Shown piece after piece: positions 45,801 through 64,000 of a DNA stretch of 64,000 nt; positions within the stretch are counted from its first letter, which is position 1, and every line of letters starts with the position of its first letter. The position numbers and the translations under genes are program-made. The notes beneath the pieces were generated by a model. That model did not search any database and had not been told where the DNA came from. It saw only the letters and a program-made list of their open reading frames with translations. The stretch is from the NCBI GenBank assembly GCA_950097015.1, contig CATNEN010000007.1, positions 11,346,001 through 11,410,000 on the forward strand, written 5' to 3'. The stretch is from Macrostomum hystrix. Its lineage: Eukaryota; Animalia; Platyhelminthes.

Positions 45801-48209
45801 TGAGAATCGTCTGGCAAGCTTGATAGCTCGTCGGCTTCTGGTCGCAAGTCTCCTTCTGATGGAACGCCTTCTACGTCCGAAGAAGCGCCTGGCCTTTCGG
45901 GAGCCTCGTCTAACGCGTCTTGAGAATCGTCTGGCAAGCTTGATAGCTCGTCGGCTTCTGGTCGCAAGTCTTCTTCTGATGGAACGCCTTCTACGTCCGA
46001 AGAAGCGCCTGGCCTTTCGGGAGCCTCGTCTAACACGTCTTGAGAATCGTCTGGCCCGCTTGATAGCTCGTCGGCTTCTGATCGCAAGTCTCCTTCTGAT
46101 TGAAAGCCTTCTACGTCCGAAGAAGCGCCTGGCCTTTCGGGAGCCTCGTCTAACACGTCTTGAGAATCGTCTGGCCCGCTTGATAGCTCGTCGGCTTCTG
46201 ATCGCAAGTCTCCTTCCGATTGAACGCCTTCTACGTCCGAAGAAGCGCCTGGCCTTTCGGGAGCCTCGTCTAACGCGTCTTGAGAATCGTCTGGCCCGCT
46301 TGATAGCTCGTCGTACACTGCGCCGTCTTCTGGACACACAGCGCTTGGATCCGCGTCGAGCCCTTCGCAATCGTCGCTTGAGAGACACAAGTCGTCTTCT
46401 GAATGTTCGGCGGGCTCGCTTCACTCGCTTGCTGACTGCCTTTCTGATCTTGGACCTCTTCTTGACCAGTCTCTTTCTTGCAGCTGTCGATTTGACTCGT
46501 CGAGAGCTGCGGCGAATAGCAGCACGGAACTTGTGGATAATTTTTACCTGTTTCTTTCGGTAGGCTCGTCCGAGCTTTGAGATTCTTCGTCTGATTCTTC
46601 TGAGTCGTCGGGCATATCGTCGAACAACACAACGCTGGCGCCTTCCGCATCGTCTTCGGCCACATCTCGGCCCTTAAAGTGTGCATTAAAGTAGACCTGA
46701 TTTTTGGAGGCTTTAATAAACTTAAGCTATTTGCTAAAACAGTTTTAGAATTTACGCGTACCTTTTAAGTCAATGAACTCCCCAACTTAATCAGAATATT
46801 GCTTTCAAGTTTTTGGGCAAATGCGATTTGCAGTCTCACCTCGTCTCCTTCTCAAACTGCGTCGTCTTCTGGACACACAGCGCCTGGATCCACGTCGAGC
46901 CCTTCGCAATCGTCGCTTGAGAGACACAAGTCGCTTTCTGAATGTTCGGCGGGCTCTCTTCACTCGCTTGCTGACAGCCTTTCTGATCTTGGACCTCTTC
47001 TTGGCCAGTCTCTTTCTTGCAGCTGTCGATTTGACTCGTCGAGAGCTGCGGCGAATCGCAACACGGAACTTGTGGCTGATCTTGACTTGTTTTCTCCTGT
47101 AGGCCCGTCCGAGTTTGGAGATTTTACGCCTGATTCTTCGAAGACGCCTAACAGACCGTCGGACGATGCATCGCTGACGCCTTCCACAACGCCTTCGTCC
47201 GCATCGAACTCCTTAAAGCAATATAGTAACGTGAAAACCTCGGCCATGTTACGAATCTTTCCAAAAAATGTGTTACAAAAAGTGACAGAATAGCTGACTA
47301 TAATGCCGCATCATTTACCTCGTCTCTTCCAAAAAAAGCGCCGCCTTCCCCAGAAGCCGCGTTTCCTTGTTGTTCTGCGTCGTCGCCTGGACACACATCG
47401 CTTAGATCCACGTCGGGCCTTGCTCAGTCGTCGCCTTAGGGACACCAGCCGCCTCCTGAATCGTTGGCGCAGCTTTCCAGACTTCTTACTGAGAGCTCTC
47501 CTGATCTTTGAGCGTCTCTTCGAGAGTCTTTTTCGAGCCGCCACTGATTTCACGCGTCGAGAGCCCCGACGAATGGCAGCGCGGAGTTTCCGGCTGACTT
47601 TGGCGTACTTCTTCCTATAAGCGCGCCCAAGCTTGTAAATTCGACGGCTGATTCGGCGGATTTTCCGGGCTGAGCGACGAACAACGCAACGCTGACGCCG
47701 TCCGCATCTTTTGCGGCCGCATTTGATGGCTAAAATTTTTAGGAGAATGGCATTAAAGTTTCAAAAGGTATGTGATTTCATAAAACTGTACTGCAGTGGG
47801 TTTCCTAGCATTCACAGTTACTTTGCACACAGATTTTGCACAGGTGGTACACTACAGGAATCTCGGAGGCTTTGTTGCGAAAATAAACTACTGGTACGGT
47901 ACTTTTACTCACACGCGGCCACGCGGCGAGCCCAGGTCTTTTTGGCGACTTTGGCCCTGATTCGCCTCGCCTTCGCCAGCTTTTGCAGACGCTTCACCGT
48001 CTTGCCCAGCTTCCTAAAGCATCGCCTGGCCCAGCGACTGAAAAATAGCGATTTAAGAAACTGACCTTAACTGCTTACTGGGAGTAGTTAGTTTATTTTC
48101 CATACAAGTCGTTTTTTACTCACTCTTTCACCCGGCGAGCGCTGCCCACATCGCTTGTGAGGGCCAGCAGCACCACCACGGAGAGTAGGAGCAGCACCGT
48201 GAGACGCAT
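36818..48209 (-). CDS. Gene B: secreted Arg-rich protein, paralog of gene A (Cys-clamp modules, 40-aa repeat, two SUEL lectins; ~16 coding exons, ~3,000 aa)
   Basis: ATG 48209 begins MRLTVLLLLSVVVLLALTSDVGSA. GT-AG exons run to TGA at 36818. The last four exons are homologous to gene A 11402-14358. Confidence 0.82.
39925..40240 (-). mobile_element. SINE copy in a gene B intron
   Basis: Homologous to 34661-34990 (GCGTTTGCCTCTCGCACCAA.GTCCCT.AGCTC.ATTCCG head and the same body). Confidence 0.75.
40521..40973 (-). CDS. Gene B SUEL lectin exon
   Basis: SCEHGSSTLRC...ALYGR...NSFFGDPCVGTFKYMEINYRC. Confidence 0.92.
41789..42244 (-). CDS. Gene B SUEL lectin exon
   Basis: ACEHSTVSISCP...GFYGR...NSVFGDPCVGTYKYMKISYRC. 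Confidence 0.92.
42856..46313 (-). repeat. Coding 120-bp tandem repeat (~29 copies) inside gene B exon 42683-46672
   Basis: Unit encodes SRRAIKRARRFSRRVRRGSRKARRFFGRRRRSIRRRLVIG; the frame is intact across the array. Confidence 0.97.
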
Positions 48210-48370
48210 CTTGAAGTCTGAAATTCAAAGCGCAATGAAACCGGGGGTCAGACATGCAGCTCGCAGCAGGGACAGACAGATTCCACGTTGCTTTCCGCTT
48301 ACCTTGCAAACGTCAGGAGACTTTGAAATCCTCCCGAACTGATGATCTCGGAGGTCTCAACCCGGCTTTC

Positions 48371-48446
48371 ATTTATAGACGATCAGCCGGAGTCGAAGGC
48401 TCCGCTGCAACCCCAACTTCTCACAATCCTCCACAGGTGGGGAGCG
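48371..48446 (-). promoter_or_regulatory. Gene B core promoter: TATAAAT plus conserved CGCTCCCCACCTG motif
   Basis: TATAAAT at 48377-48371; 13-mer at 48434-48446; 5' UTR intron at 48218-48302. Confidence 0.65.
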
Positions 48447-49764
48447 GGAGGTCCTGCAACATTCGGTCAGCACCTGCTGCCGAATTTGTGACCGGGGGGT
48501 GGTGGGGGCGCAGGGCGTGGAGACGCGTGCCGCCCCAGCAGCGAGTCCGCCTGCATCCCTCGCTGCTTCTCACCGCAGCTCAAAAGCTATCAGCGCCTGG
48601 CCGCGCAGTGGGGTGGGAGGCCGGTACCCCGCCTCAACCACCACATGGAGAGCCGCAGCTTCGACCAAGCGGGCGAATCGTAAGCGGCCTCTCGACTGCT
48701 CTGATCGGCGACCGCCGCGCAGGCGGGTTCGATTTTACTCGCGGCCAAACACGTGGCCCTACGAGAGCTAGCCACTGGCTTCCCAGCGCTGCCCCTCCAC
48801 CCCAGAGCTGAGCTGGTTTTCGCCAGTTCAAATTCTTGCAGGATGAGCACAAGTGTTCCGCTCCTCTGACTCCCCCTGCCAGTGCCGCAGCCACGTGGGT
48901 GGGTGGGCAGGTGAGCTCTCAAAAGTTCGCGAGTTTTACAGCTCAAGTGCACTCGAAAATTTCAATACATTGCGGGCTACTCAACGGTTTGAAGTGTTTT
49001 GCAGAATTTTCGCTGCAGCGTAATTCCTCAAGTTGCTTTCAACTTTTCAGTGGCCTCAACTGGAATCCCTTTCGGCTTCAGTTTTTATCGGAAACTGCTG
49101 AATCTGCATTTGTGTTGCGTGAAATTTTTAGCATGCTTTCAAAGCCTCTGGAAGCTGAAATTGGGATCTGGAACATCAGGATCTGGCTAAAGGAGATGGG
49201 ATATGGGCACTGCTAGTACTTGACCGCTCTGAAGTAAAACCTTAAATGCTAATTTGCATGACAGAAGCATCCACACTCGCTGGGTGTTCAGTTGAGGACG
49301 AAGCACAAAAGCACGCAAGTTTTCATGTCAAAGCCAGACTGGCTTTGCAAAACTGAAAAATGTAATCAAAAGTGGCGCTTCATCGAGCCATGGAGTGTAT
49401 TTTCTGTTGTTTTTCTGTTATATTTCAAATTTTTGCTAATTTGCTGGCAACTGAAAACCAGTGAGGCGGGCTGAGCCAGCTGCTGGAACCTCAGCCGCAG
49501 TCTTCCTCCGCAGAGGGCGCCGGCAGCCAGGCGGGTGCGATGCGGTGAACGGACGGCCGGCTGAAACATCGGCGCCAGACTGCTGCATTTCCGAGGACCA
49601 AAGGGAATAAAAGTGCACTGTGAAAGTAGTGACATAGCAAAAGAATTTGAGCCCAGACTTGCATAATTCATAATTCTCTGTTTGTGATCCTGTCTGGGTC
49701 GAGACCACTTGCGACTTCACTCTAAATGCGAATTGCGAAGCATCCTTGCATAGAGGAAGGCAGT

Positions 49765-49890
49765 TGTACACACCTGAGTGAGCGTGTGCCTGCGTACAGT
49801 ATCTGCGTGCTCAGGAGTCAGTGGAATGGGCAGGGATTACTGTCACAAATGATGTGCCAGTGCCCACAGCGCCGCTGCAAAAAAATATCA
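49765..49890 (+). mobile_element. 5'-truncated SINE fragment (same family)
   Basis: GTACACACCTGAGTGAGCGTGTGCCTGCGTACAGTATC...CTGTCACAAATGATGTGCC matches the SINE body. Confidence 0.65.
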
Positions 49891-50811
49891 TTTTCCAAAT
49901 TGTTCCATTGTTCCAAAGTGCAGAGCAAGCTTAGAAACCGGCAAGGAAAGTAAGTGAAGCAACACTGCGGGAAACTAGGACATCCGAGGAGCGCGTGTCA
50001 CCCAAGCCAGTTCTGCAGCATGACCGCCAGCTACATTGGAACAACTTGGCCAGAACTGGACAAGGCCAAGGGAGCACGGCTGAGCAGAGTGGCTCCCGAC
50101 CGCCCGTCCTCACGAGAGGCCGCGGTCAAGGCTTTCCAGCTGACAAGCGAGAGCCCGTTGAGTTCCCGGAGCAGAATTCATTTATCCCCGAGTTGCGGGC
50201 GAGGCACCTATCTCTGCTTCAACAATAACTGGCGCCTCCCTTAGCCTCCGCTCTAACACGCAATGACAGGAAGGCAAGTACAAGACAAACATTTGCTTGC
50301 GACTGAAAGGACAGGGCAGAACATTGCACACTGCCTGCTTCGGGTTCACTGAGAATTAGTTTTGCTCTGCTGCCCGCAATACCCTGTGTATTGACAAACC
50401 CATGGGCAGAATGTCCGACTGACTTGGTACTTAGCTTTCTGCCCTTCGCAGTCACTAAAATCCAAAAAAAATCGTAAATTAGGCAAACCAACAGATGCAA
50501 AAGCCAAGCTCAACTCACCGAGCATCGGATCCAAGCCTTCTGTGCGGACAGCCTGGCGGGCGCAGCTCCTTGGCTTGACCGGCTGGGTACGCGAGCGGAG
50601 CGGCTGCATGTCTCGAAGGCAGATAAGAAGGTCGGTCATCTCGGCGATTCAGGCCTTCAGGCGTTAGGCCTTCCGCATGCTGGCACAGAGGCTGCGGTCG
50701 CACGTCGCATCCGCCTTCGCCGCCGATGCTCGAGCTGGACCTTCGCTAGCCTCGATTGACTCAAGCAGCGCTCTGCGATCAGGGATTCGTGCGGGCTGAG
50801 CATTGTGCGAA

Positions 50812-50994
50812 TAGGTCAGGGTGTGAGTTGATCAGGCTGTGAGTAGGTCAGGGTGTGAGTAGGTCAGGCTGTGAGTAGGTCAGGGTGTGAGTAGGTCAGG
50901 CTGTGAGTAGGTCAGGGTGTGAGTAGGTCAGGCTGTGAGTAGGTCAGGCTGTGAGTAGGTCAGGCTGTGAGTAGGTCAGGGTGTGAGTAGGTCA
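50812..50994. repeat. 16-bp minisatellite (GTGAGTAGGTCAGG[C/G]T), ~11 copies
   Basis: Direct inspection. Confidence 0.95.
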
Positions 50995-51695
50995 ATTCAC
51001 CTGTGAGTTTGTAAGCTCTCCGAGTCGGTCTGCTGGTTGGCGTTGAGGTTTCGCTTCAGCTTGCACAAGTCAACCTGGCTCACAGTCTTCAGCCTCGGCG
51101 ATCCCTAAGGCGGCGTCTCGATGGACTGGAACTGCAGGGCTGAGTCCTCGGGGTCCGGCTCCCCAGTCAGCGGTTGCCGCTGTCCTGGCATGCCCGGCCG
51201 TCCACGGGTTGACGGATTTGCCGAGTTAGGGAAGCCAGAGCCTCACCCGTGTGCTCAGCCAATCATCCCTCGGATTGCGTTGGGATGCGCCATCAGCAAA
51301 GCAGGGCGCCCGGAACGCGGCTCTGGATCATCCGGGAGAGGTCTGAGAACCGTGGCTGAGTACTTTGCTTGGATGGCGAAAGCTCTGGTCTCCAAGCCGA
51401 GTTGCTCTCAATGCATGCGAGCTGCTTTTCTATTGGCTGCCGATGGACATAGACAACTGGCAGGAGCCTAAAAGCAGAAGCCCAGCAATTTTGTTTCGGT
51501 GTCTTTTTTAAGCCTGGTGCCTCAAACGGGCCGTGTGTGAAGACTGAATACTGCGTATAAACATAGCCGATAGTTATAGTGGTACTAGTAGTGCAGTATC
51601 AGTACTCAATACTGCCTGTGCGAGTAATGTATTTAGTGTTGCAAGAAAAAAATCACTTTATAAAGACATTATTTATGTCAGCAAATTTTCTCATT

Positions 51696-53372
51696 CACAG
51701 GCAGTGTCACAGTCACAGGCAGTGTCACAGTCACAGGCAGTGTCAGTGTCACAGGCAGTGTCACAGGCAGTGTCACAGTCACAGGCAGTGTCAGAGTCAC
51801 AGGCAGTGTCACAGGCAGTGTCACAGTCACAGGCAGTGTCACAGTCACAGGCAGTGTCACAGGCAGTGTCACAGTCACAGGCAGTGTCACAGTCACAGGC
51901 AGTGTCACAGTCACAGGCAGTGTCACAGTCACAGGCAGTGTCAGTGTCACAGGCAGTGTCACAGGCAGTGTCACAGTCACAGGCAGTGTCAGAGTCACAG
52001 GCAGTGTCAGAGTCACAGGCAGTGTCACAGGCAGTGTCACAGTCACAGGCAGTGTCACAGTCACAGGCAGTGTCACAGTCACAGGCAGTGTCAGAGTCAC
52101 AGGCAGTGTCAGAGTCACAGGCAGTGTCACAGGCAGTGTCACAGTCACAGGCAGTGTCACAGTCACAGGCAGTGTCACAGTCACAGGCAGTGTCAGTGTC
52201 ACAGGCAGTGTCACAGGCAGTGTCACAGTCACAGGCAGTGTCAGAGTCACAGGCAGTGTCACAGGCAGTGTCACAGTCACAGGCAGTGTCACAGTCACAG
52301 GCAGTGTCACAGGCAGTGTCACAGTCACAGGCAGTGTCACAGTCACAGGCAGTGTCACAGTCACAGGCAGTGTCACAGTCACAGGCAGTGTCACAGTCAC
52401 AGGCAGTGTCACAGTCACAGGCAGTGTCAGAGTCACAGGCAGTGTCACAGTCACAGGCAGTGTCACAGTCACAGGCAGTGTCAGAGTCACAGGCAGTGTC
52501 ACAGTCACAGGCAGTGTCAGTCACAGGCAGTGTCACAGGCAGTGTCACAGGCAGTGTCACAGTCACAGGCAGTGTCACAGTCACAGGCAGTGTCAGAGTC
52601 ACAGGCAGTGTCACAGTCACAGGCAGTGTCACAGTCACAGGCAGTGTCAGAGTCACAGGCAGTGTCACAGTCACAGGCAGTGTCACAGTCACAGGCAGTG
52701 TCAGTCACAGGCAGTGTCACAGGCAGTGTCACAGGCAGTATTACAGGCAGTGTCACAGGCAGTGTCACAGGCAGTGTCACAGGCAGTGTCACAGGCAGTA
52801 TTACAGGCAGTGTCACAGGCAGTGTCACAGGCAGTGTCACAGTCACAGGCAGTGTCACAGTCACAGGCAGTGTCAGAGTCACAGGCAGTGTCACAGGCAG
52901 TGTCACAGGCAGTGTCACAGGCAGTGTCACAGGCATTGTCACAGGCAGTGTCACAGGCAGTGTCACAGGCAGTGTCACAGGCAGTGTCACAGGCATTGTC
53001 ACAGGCAGTGTCACAGGCATTGTCACAGGCAGTGTCACAGGCATTGTCACAGGCAGTGTCACAGGCAGTGTCACAGGCATTGTCACAGGCAGTGTCACAG
53101 TCACAGGCAGTGTCACAGGCAGTGTCACAGGCAGTGTCACAGGCAGTGTCACAGGCAGTGTCACAGGCAGTGTCACAGTCACAGGCAGTGTCACAGGCAG
53201 TGTCACAGGCAGTGTCACAGGCATTGTCACAGGCAGTGTCACAGGCAGTGTCACAGGCATTGTCACAGGCAGTGTCACATGCAGTATTACAGGCAGTGTC
53301 ACAGGCAGTGTCACAGGCAGTGTCACATGCAGTATTACAGGCAGTGTCACAGGCAGTGTCACAGGCAGTGTC
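51696..53372. repeat. Satellite built from GTCACA and GGCAGT hexamers (12- and 18-bp units)
   Basis: Direct inspection; ~1.7 kb. Confidence 0.97.
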
Positions 53373-53658
53373 AATGCAGGAACGTCTGCACTAGGCCAGC
53401 GGCAGCGAGCACAATTAGGCAGCCCAGAATCCCGGCGAAGGTCCACAGCACGATGAGGAAGTCTTTGGTGTTCATGGCGCTGCTGTCGGGCAGTCGAAAG
53501 TCTCTCTTGTAGCCGATCAAGCGAATATTCGTCTGCACACTCTTGTTGACGTCAGCAGCGGCCTCGGCACCGGACTTTGACACCGGCAGCGAGCAGATAA
53601 CAGCGAGGCAGCAGCAGCCGATGGCGGCAAGCAGCCAGCCGCCGCGCGGACAGCTCAT
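53371..53658 (-). CDS. Putative small single-pass membrane protein (95 aa)
   Basis: N-terminal hydrophobic segment WLLAAIGCCCLAVICS, sequon NKS, C-terminal hydrophobic segment FLIVLWTFAGILGCLIVLAAAGLV. No family recognised. Confidence 0.5.
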   Translation of the reverse strand: MSCPRGGWLLAAIGCCCLAVICSLPVSKSGAEAAADVNKSVQTNIRLIGYKRDFRLPDSSAMNTKDFLIVLWTFAGILGCLIVLAAAGLVQTFLH

Positions 53659-53939
53659 TGTGGGCGATGAGTTTTGAAAAAATGTTTGCTAAGCTGCAGC
53701 AGTTGTGGCATGTGCTCTAATGGAATGAGCTCAGTGGCATTCTCAGTCACAGTCAGTCACAGTCAGTCTCAGTCATAGACTCAGGCATAGTCTATGGCAT
53801 TGGATGCATGTCAGTGGGAGGGCCCCGTTTGACTGGCGAAGTTTGCCTGGCAACAACATTTTTTAAGGCATGTGTGGAATTAGACCCACGAGCCTAAATT
53901 GAGGCTTTCCTGAGGCATTGAAGCGTTCCGGGACCACAC

Positions 53940-54428
53940 TGAGTCACAGCTCGGCTTGCGTCATCGAGTACGGAGCTTGGCAACAGCACCTACCTAATTG
54001 GATAATCCTTGATCTATGAAGCCACGAAACTTTGTCCCGCCTGAGTTTCGGAGCCCGCTGCAGCTGCTCGAGGGCGGCGTGGGCGGCCGAGAATCCGGGC
54101 AGCTCTTATCAGCCGCTGGGACCGCGGGCAGAGCAGGCGCAGAAAGGGCGCGCGCGGGAAACTCCCGCGAACCCGCAACTATTTTTGGCAGCCCCGTGAC
54201 TGCACCGCGGGCCGAGTGACTCACCAACTCAGATCCTCAAAACTGTTTCCCCATTTCCTTACTAACACGAGACACCCCTTAGATTCTCATCTTACATCCT
54301 CAGGCAGCGGGGGCCGCCTACCCGCGTCCTGACTCAGCCAGGCCTGACTCAGCTGCCCGCCTCCCGACCACCTGCCGGCGGGGCCAATGGCGCAGCCGGG
54401 CAGGACGGAGCGGCCTTCTTTATTTAAA
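53940..54428 (+). promoter_or_regulatory. Promoter with four AP-1 heptamers, CCAAT and TATA
   Basis: TGA(G/C)TCA at 53940, 54217, 54330 and 54345; CCAAT 54384; TATTTAAA 54421, ~100 nt before the ATG at 54526. Confidence 0.7.
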
Positions 54429-54525
54429 CGAGGCGGCAAAAGCAGCTCTGACTGCAGTTCATGACTCCAGCTGAGCAGCCAACTCAGAGTAGAATCCGAA
54501 GCAACTTCCGATCAGCTGAAACAGC

Positions 54526-54846
54526 ATGTGCTACCGACAGACTCCGACAGCCTCCACCTGCTCCTGGCCGTGCCTGCTGCCGGCCCTGGCCTGCTGCCTC
54601 TGCGCCATCCTGCTGACAGCCGATGCTGCGCCGGCGGACGTCAGGTTGCCTTCCTCACCCAGTGTCTTTGACCTGCTCATGCACGGCAGCGACTCCGACT
54701 TGGCCGGCGCCGCCGACGACGCCTGGAACCCTGAAGGCCACGATCATCCCCGCCGTGTCGCCAGGGCGGCAGCAGCGAGCTTCCTGCGGCGGCTGCGCCG
54801 TCGGCCCAAGAAGTTCCCGCCGAGGAAGCCGCCTGGCATCTGGTGA
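54526..54846 (+). CDS. Putative secreted prepro-peptide (106 aa): signal, acidic pro-region, RVAR site, cationic C-terminal peptide ending KPPGIW
   Basis: Hydrophobic CLLPALACCLCAILLTADA, Asp-rich spacer, RRVAR, then AAAASFLRRLRRRPKKFPPRKPPGIW. TATA upstream and AATAAA at 54977-54982. Confidence 0.72.
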   Translation: MCYRQTPTASTCSWPCLLPALACCLCAILLTADAAPADVRLPSSPSVFDLLMHGSDSDLAGAADDAWNPEGHDHPRRVARAAAASFLRRLRRRPKKFPPRKPPGIW

Positions 54847-55117
54847 CGAAACAGCCAGACTGCGCAGATTCCGCCTGACTTCACCCGCTGTGCACTTCCT
54901 ATGTGTACATAGACTGTACGACTGCCTCACATGTGCGCCCATGTGTACACACACATCTGTCTGCCTTGGTCACGATAATAAATATACATGATTGCACTGC
55001 CCAGTGTATGCCGAAATTCTGTGCCACCATTCGCGCTATTACTAGCTATGAAACTGCAATCCTCTGCCTAACGAGTTCACCGCTTGCCCCAAGGTCCCGC
55101 GACGAGGCGACAGTAAC

Positions 55118-55567
<450 letters not shown>

Positions 55568-56238
55568 GCAAGGAATGATGATGAAGAAGTGAACACACTG
55601 ACGGCGGTTGCATGGGCAGTCTAGTTGCCAGGGTGCACAATTGAGACACAATGATCTTGATCAAACTGTAATTTTATTAAAAACTGTTTGCCAGACTCGG
55701 GCAATGCGATGGCTATTGATAATATTCAGGTTGAGAACACGAAGAGAACAGACAAGTGACGCAGCGGGCCACGGAGCTGTTTGAGTTCGCGCCGCTGCAG
55801 TTTAACAAACACACCGGACTAAAGGAAACCAAGTTTAAAACCAAGTCAAACGTGGGCTGAGTGGTCAATTCAGATTTGTACACAACAGCTAGGCGATAAG
55901 CAGACGAGTAACAGTGCAGAGGGGGGGCTAAAGGACAGACAAAGGAAACAAATGAAAAAGCATACTTAAATAAAACAGACGTGGGGAAACGCAGCGGATC
56001 GTTAGTTCGTTAGTCGTTACTTCTGTATTTTTTGACTTGTTTACGAGTAATTGCCTAGTCCTATGCTACGAATTACTAATCAGAAGATTCAACTAGAATT
56101 TCTAATTTTCTGTCTTTCACACGATCCCAAAAATAAGACTATTTGCAGGACATTATTTGCAGGACATTATTTGCAGGACATTATTTGCACTAGAGCGTCA
56201 CAGAATCAAAGCGCACGAGTCACCGCACGACCCCAAAG

Positions 56239-64000
<7,762 letters not shown>

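Noticed and set aside
42859-46563. 1234-aa plus-strand ORF (and acidic alternative-frame minus ORFs) over the 120-bp array
   Set aside because: A stop-free repeat unit propagates open frames. Only the Arg-rich minus frame joins flanking exons by splice sites.
51579-53512. Long His/Cys-rich (HRQC), VTGS and CDTA ORFs resembling metal-binding or antifreeze proteins
   Set aside because: All six frames are open because of the hexamer satellite. Internal frame shifts and the lack of gene context indicate non-coding DNA.

Overview
Eukaryotic, intron-rich invertebrate genomic DNA. Composition, satellite-filled introns and the protein types are reminiscent of a macrostomid flatworm, but the species is my inference only. 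Left to right: (1) a decayed BEL/Pao LTR-retrotransposon end (1-1621). (2) Gene A, a giant multi-exon minus-strand gene (33197->2023; about 50+ exons and roughly 6,000-6,500 aa by my exon summation). It encodes a secreted, extremely Arg/Lys-rich protein: signal peptide, Ala-Arg helix, two-Cys Arg-rich repeats, four hemicentin-type vWA domains, three SUEL lectin domains, follistatin-N-like Cys clamps with large basic inserts, and a C-terminal ShK-vWD(GDPH)-C8-TIL-vWA-EGFn-vWA-FnII core. It carries a recent ~3.39-kb internal triplication, with an intact Gypsy/Mag element in the middle copy. (3) Gene B, its tandem paralog (48209->36818; ~3,000 aa), with the same type of signal peptide, 5' exon layout and promoter motif, two SUEL domains and a ~29 x 40-aa protamine-like repeat, but no vWD core. 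(4) Satellites and a divergent pair of small ORFs: a small membrane protein and a prepro-peptide ending KPPGIW behind an AP-1/ARE-rich promoter. (5) The 3' part of PRPF8 (minus strand, running off the window end). The most interesting system is the A/B pair: a candidate two-component polycationic glue or secretory matrix built from a reusable 'Cys clamp + stalk + adhesive knob' module. No searches were run; domain calls come from recognised motifs.
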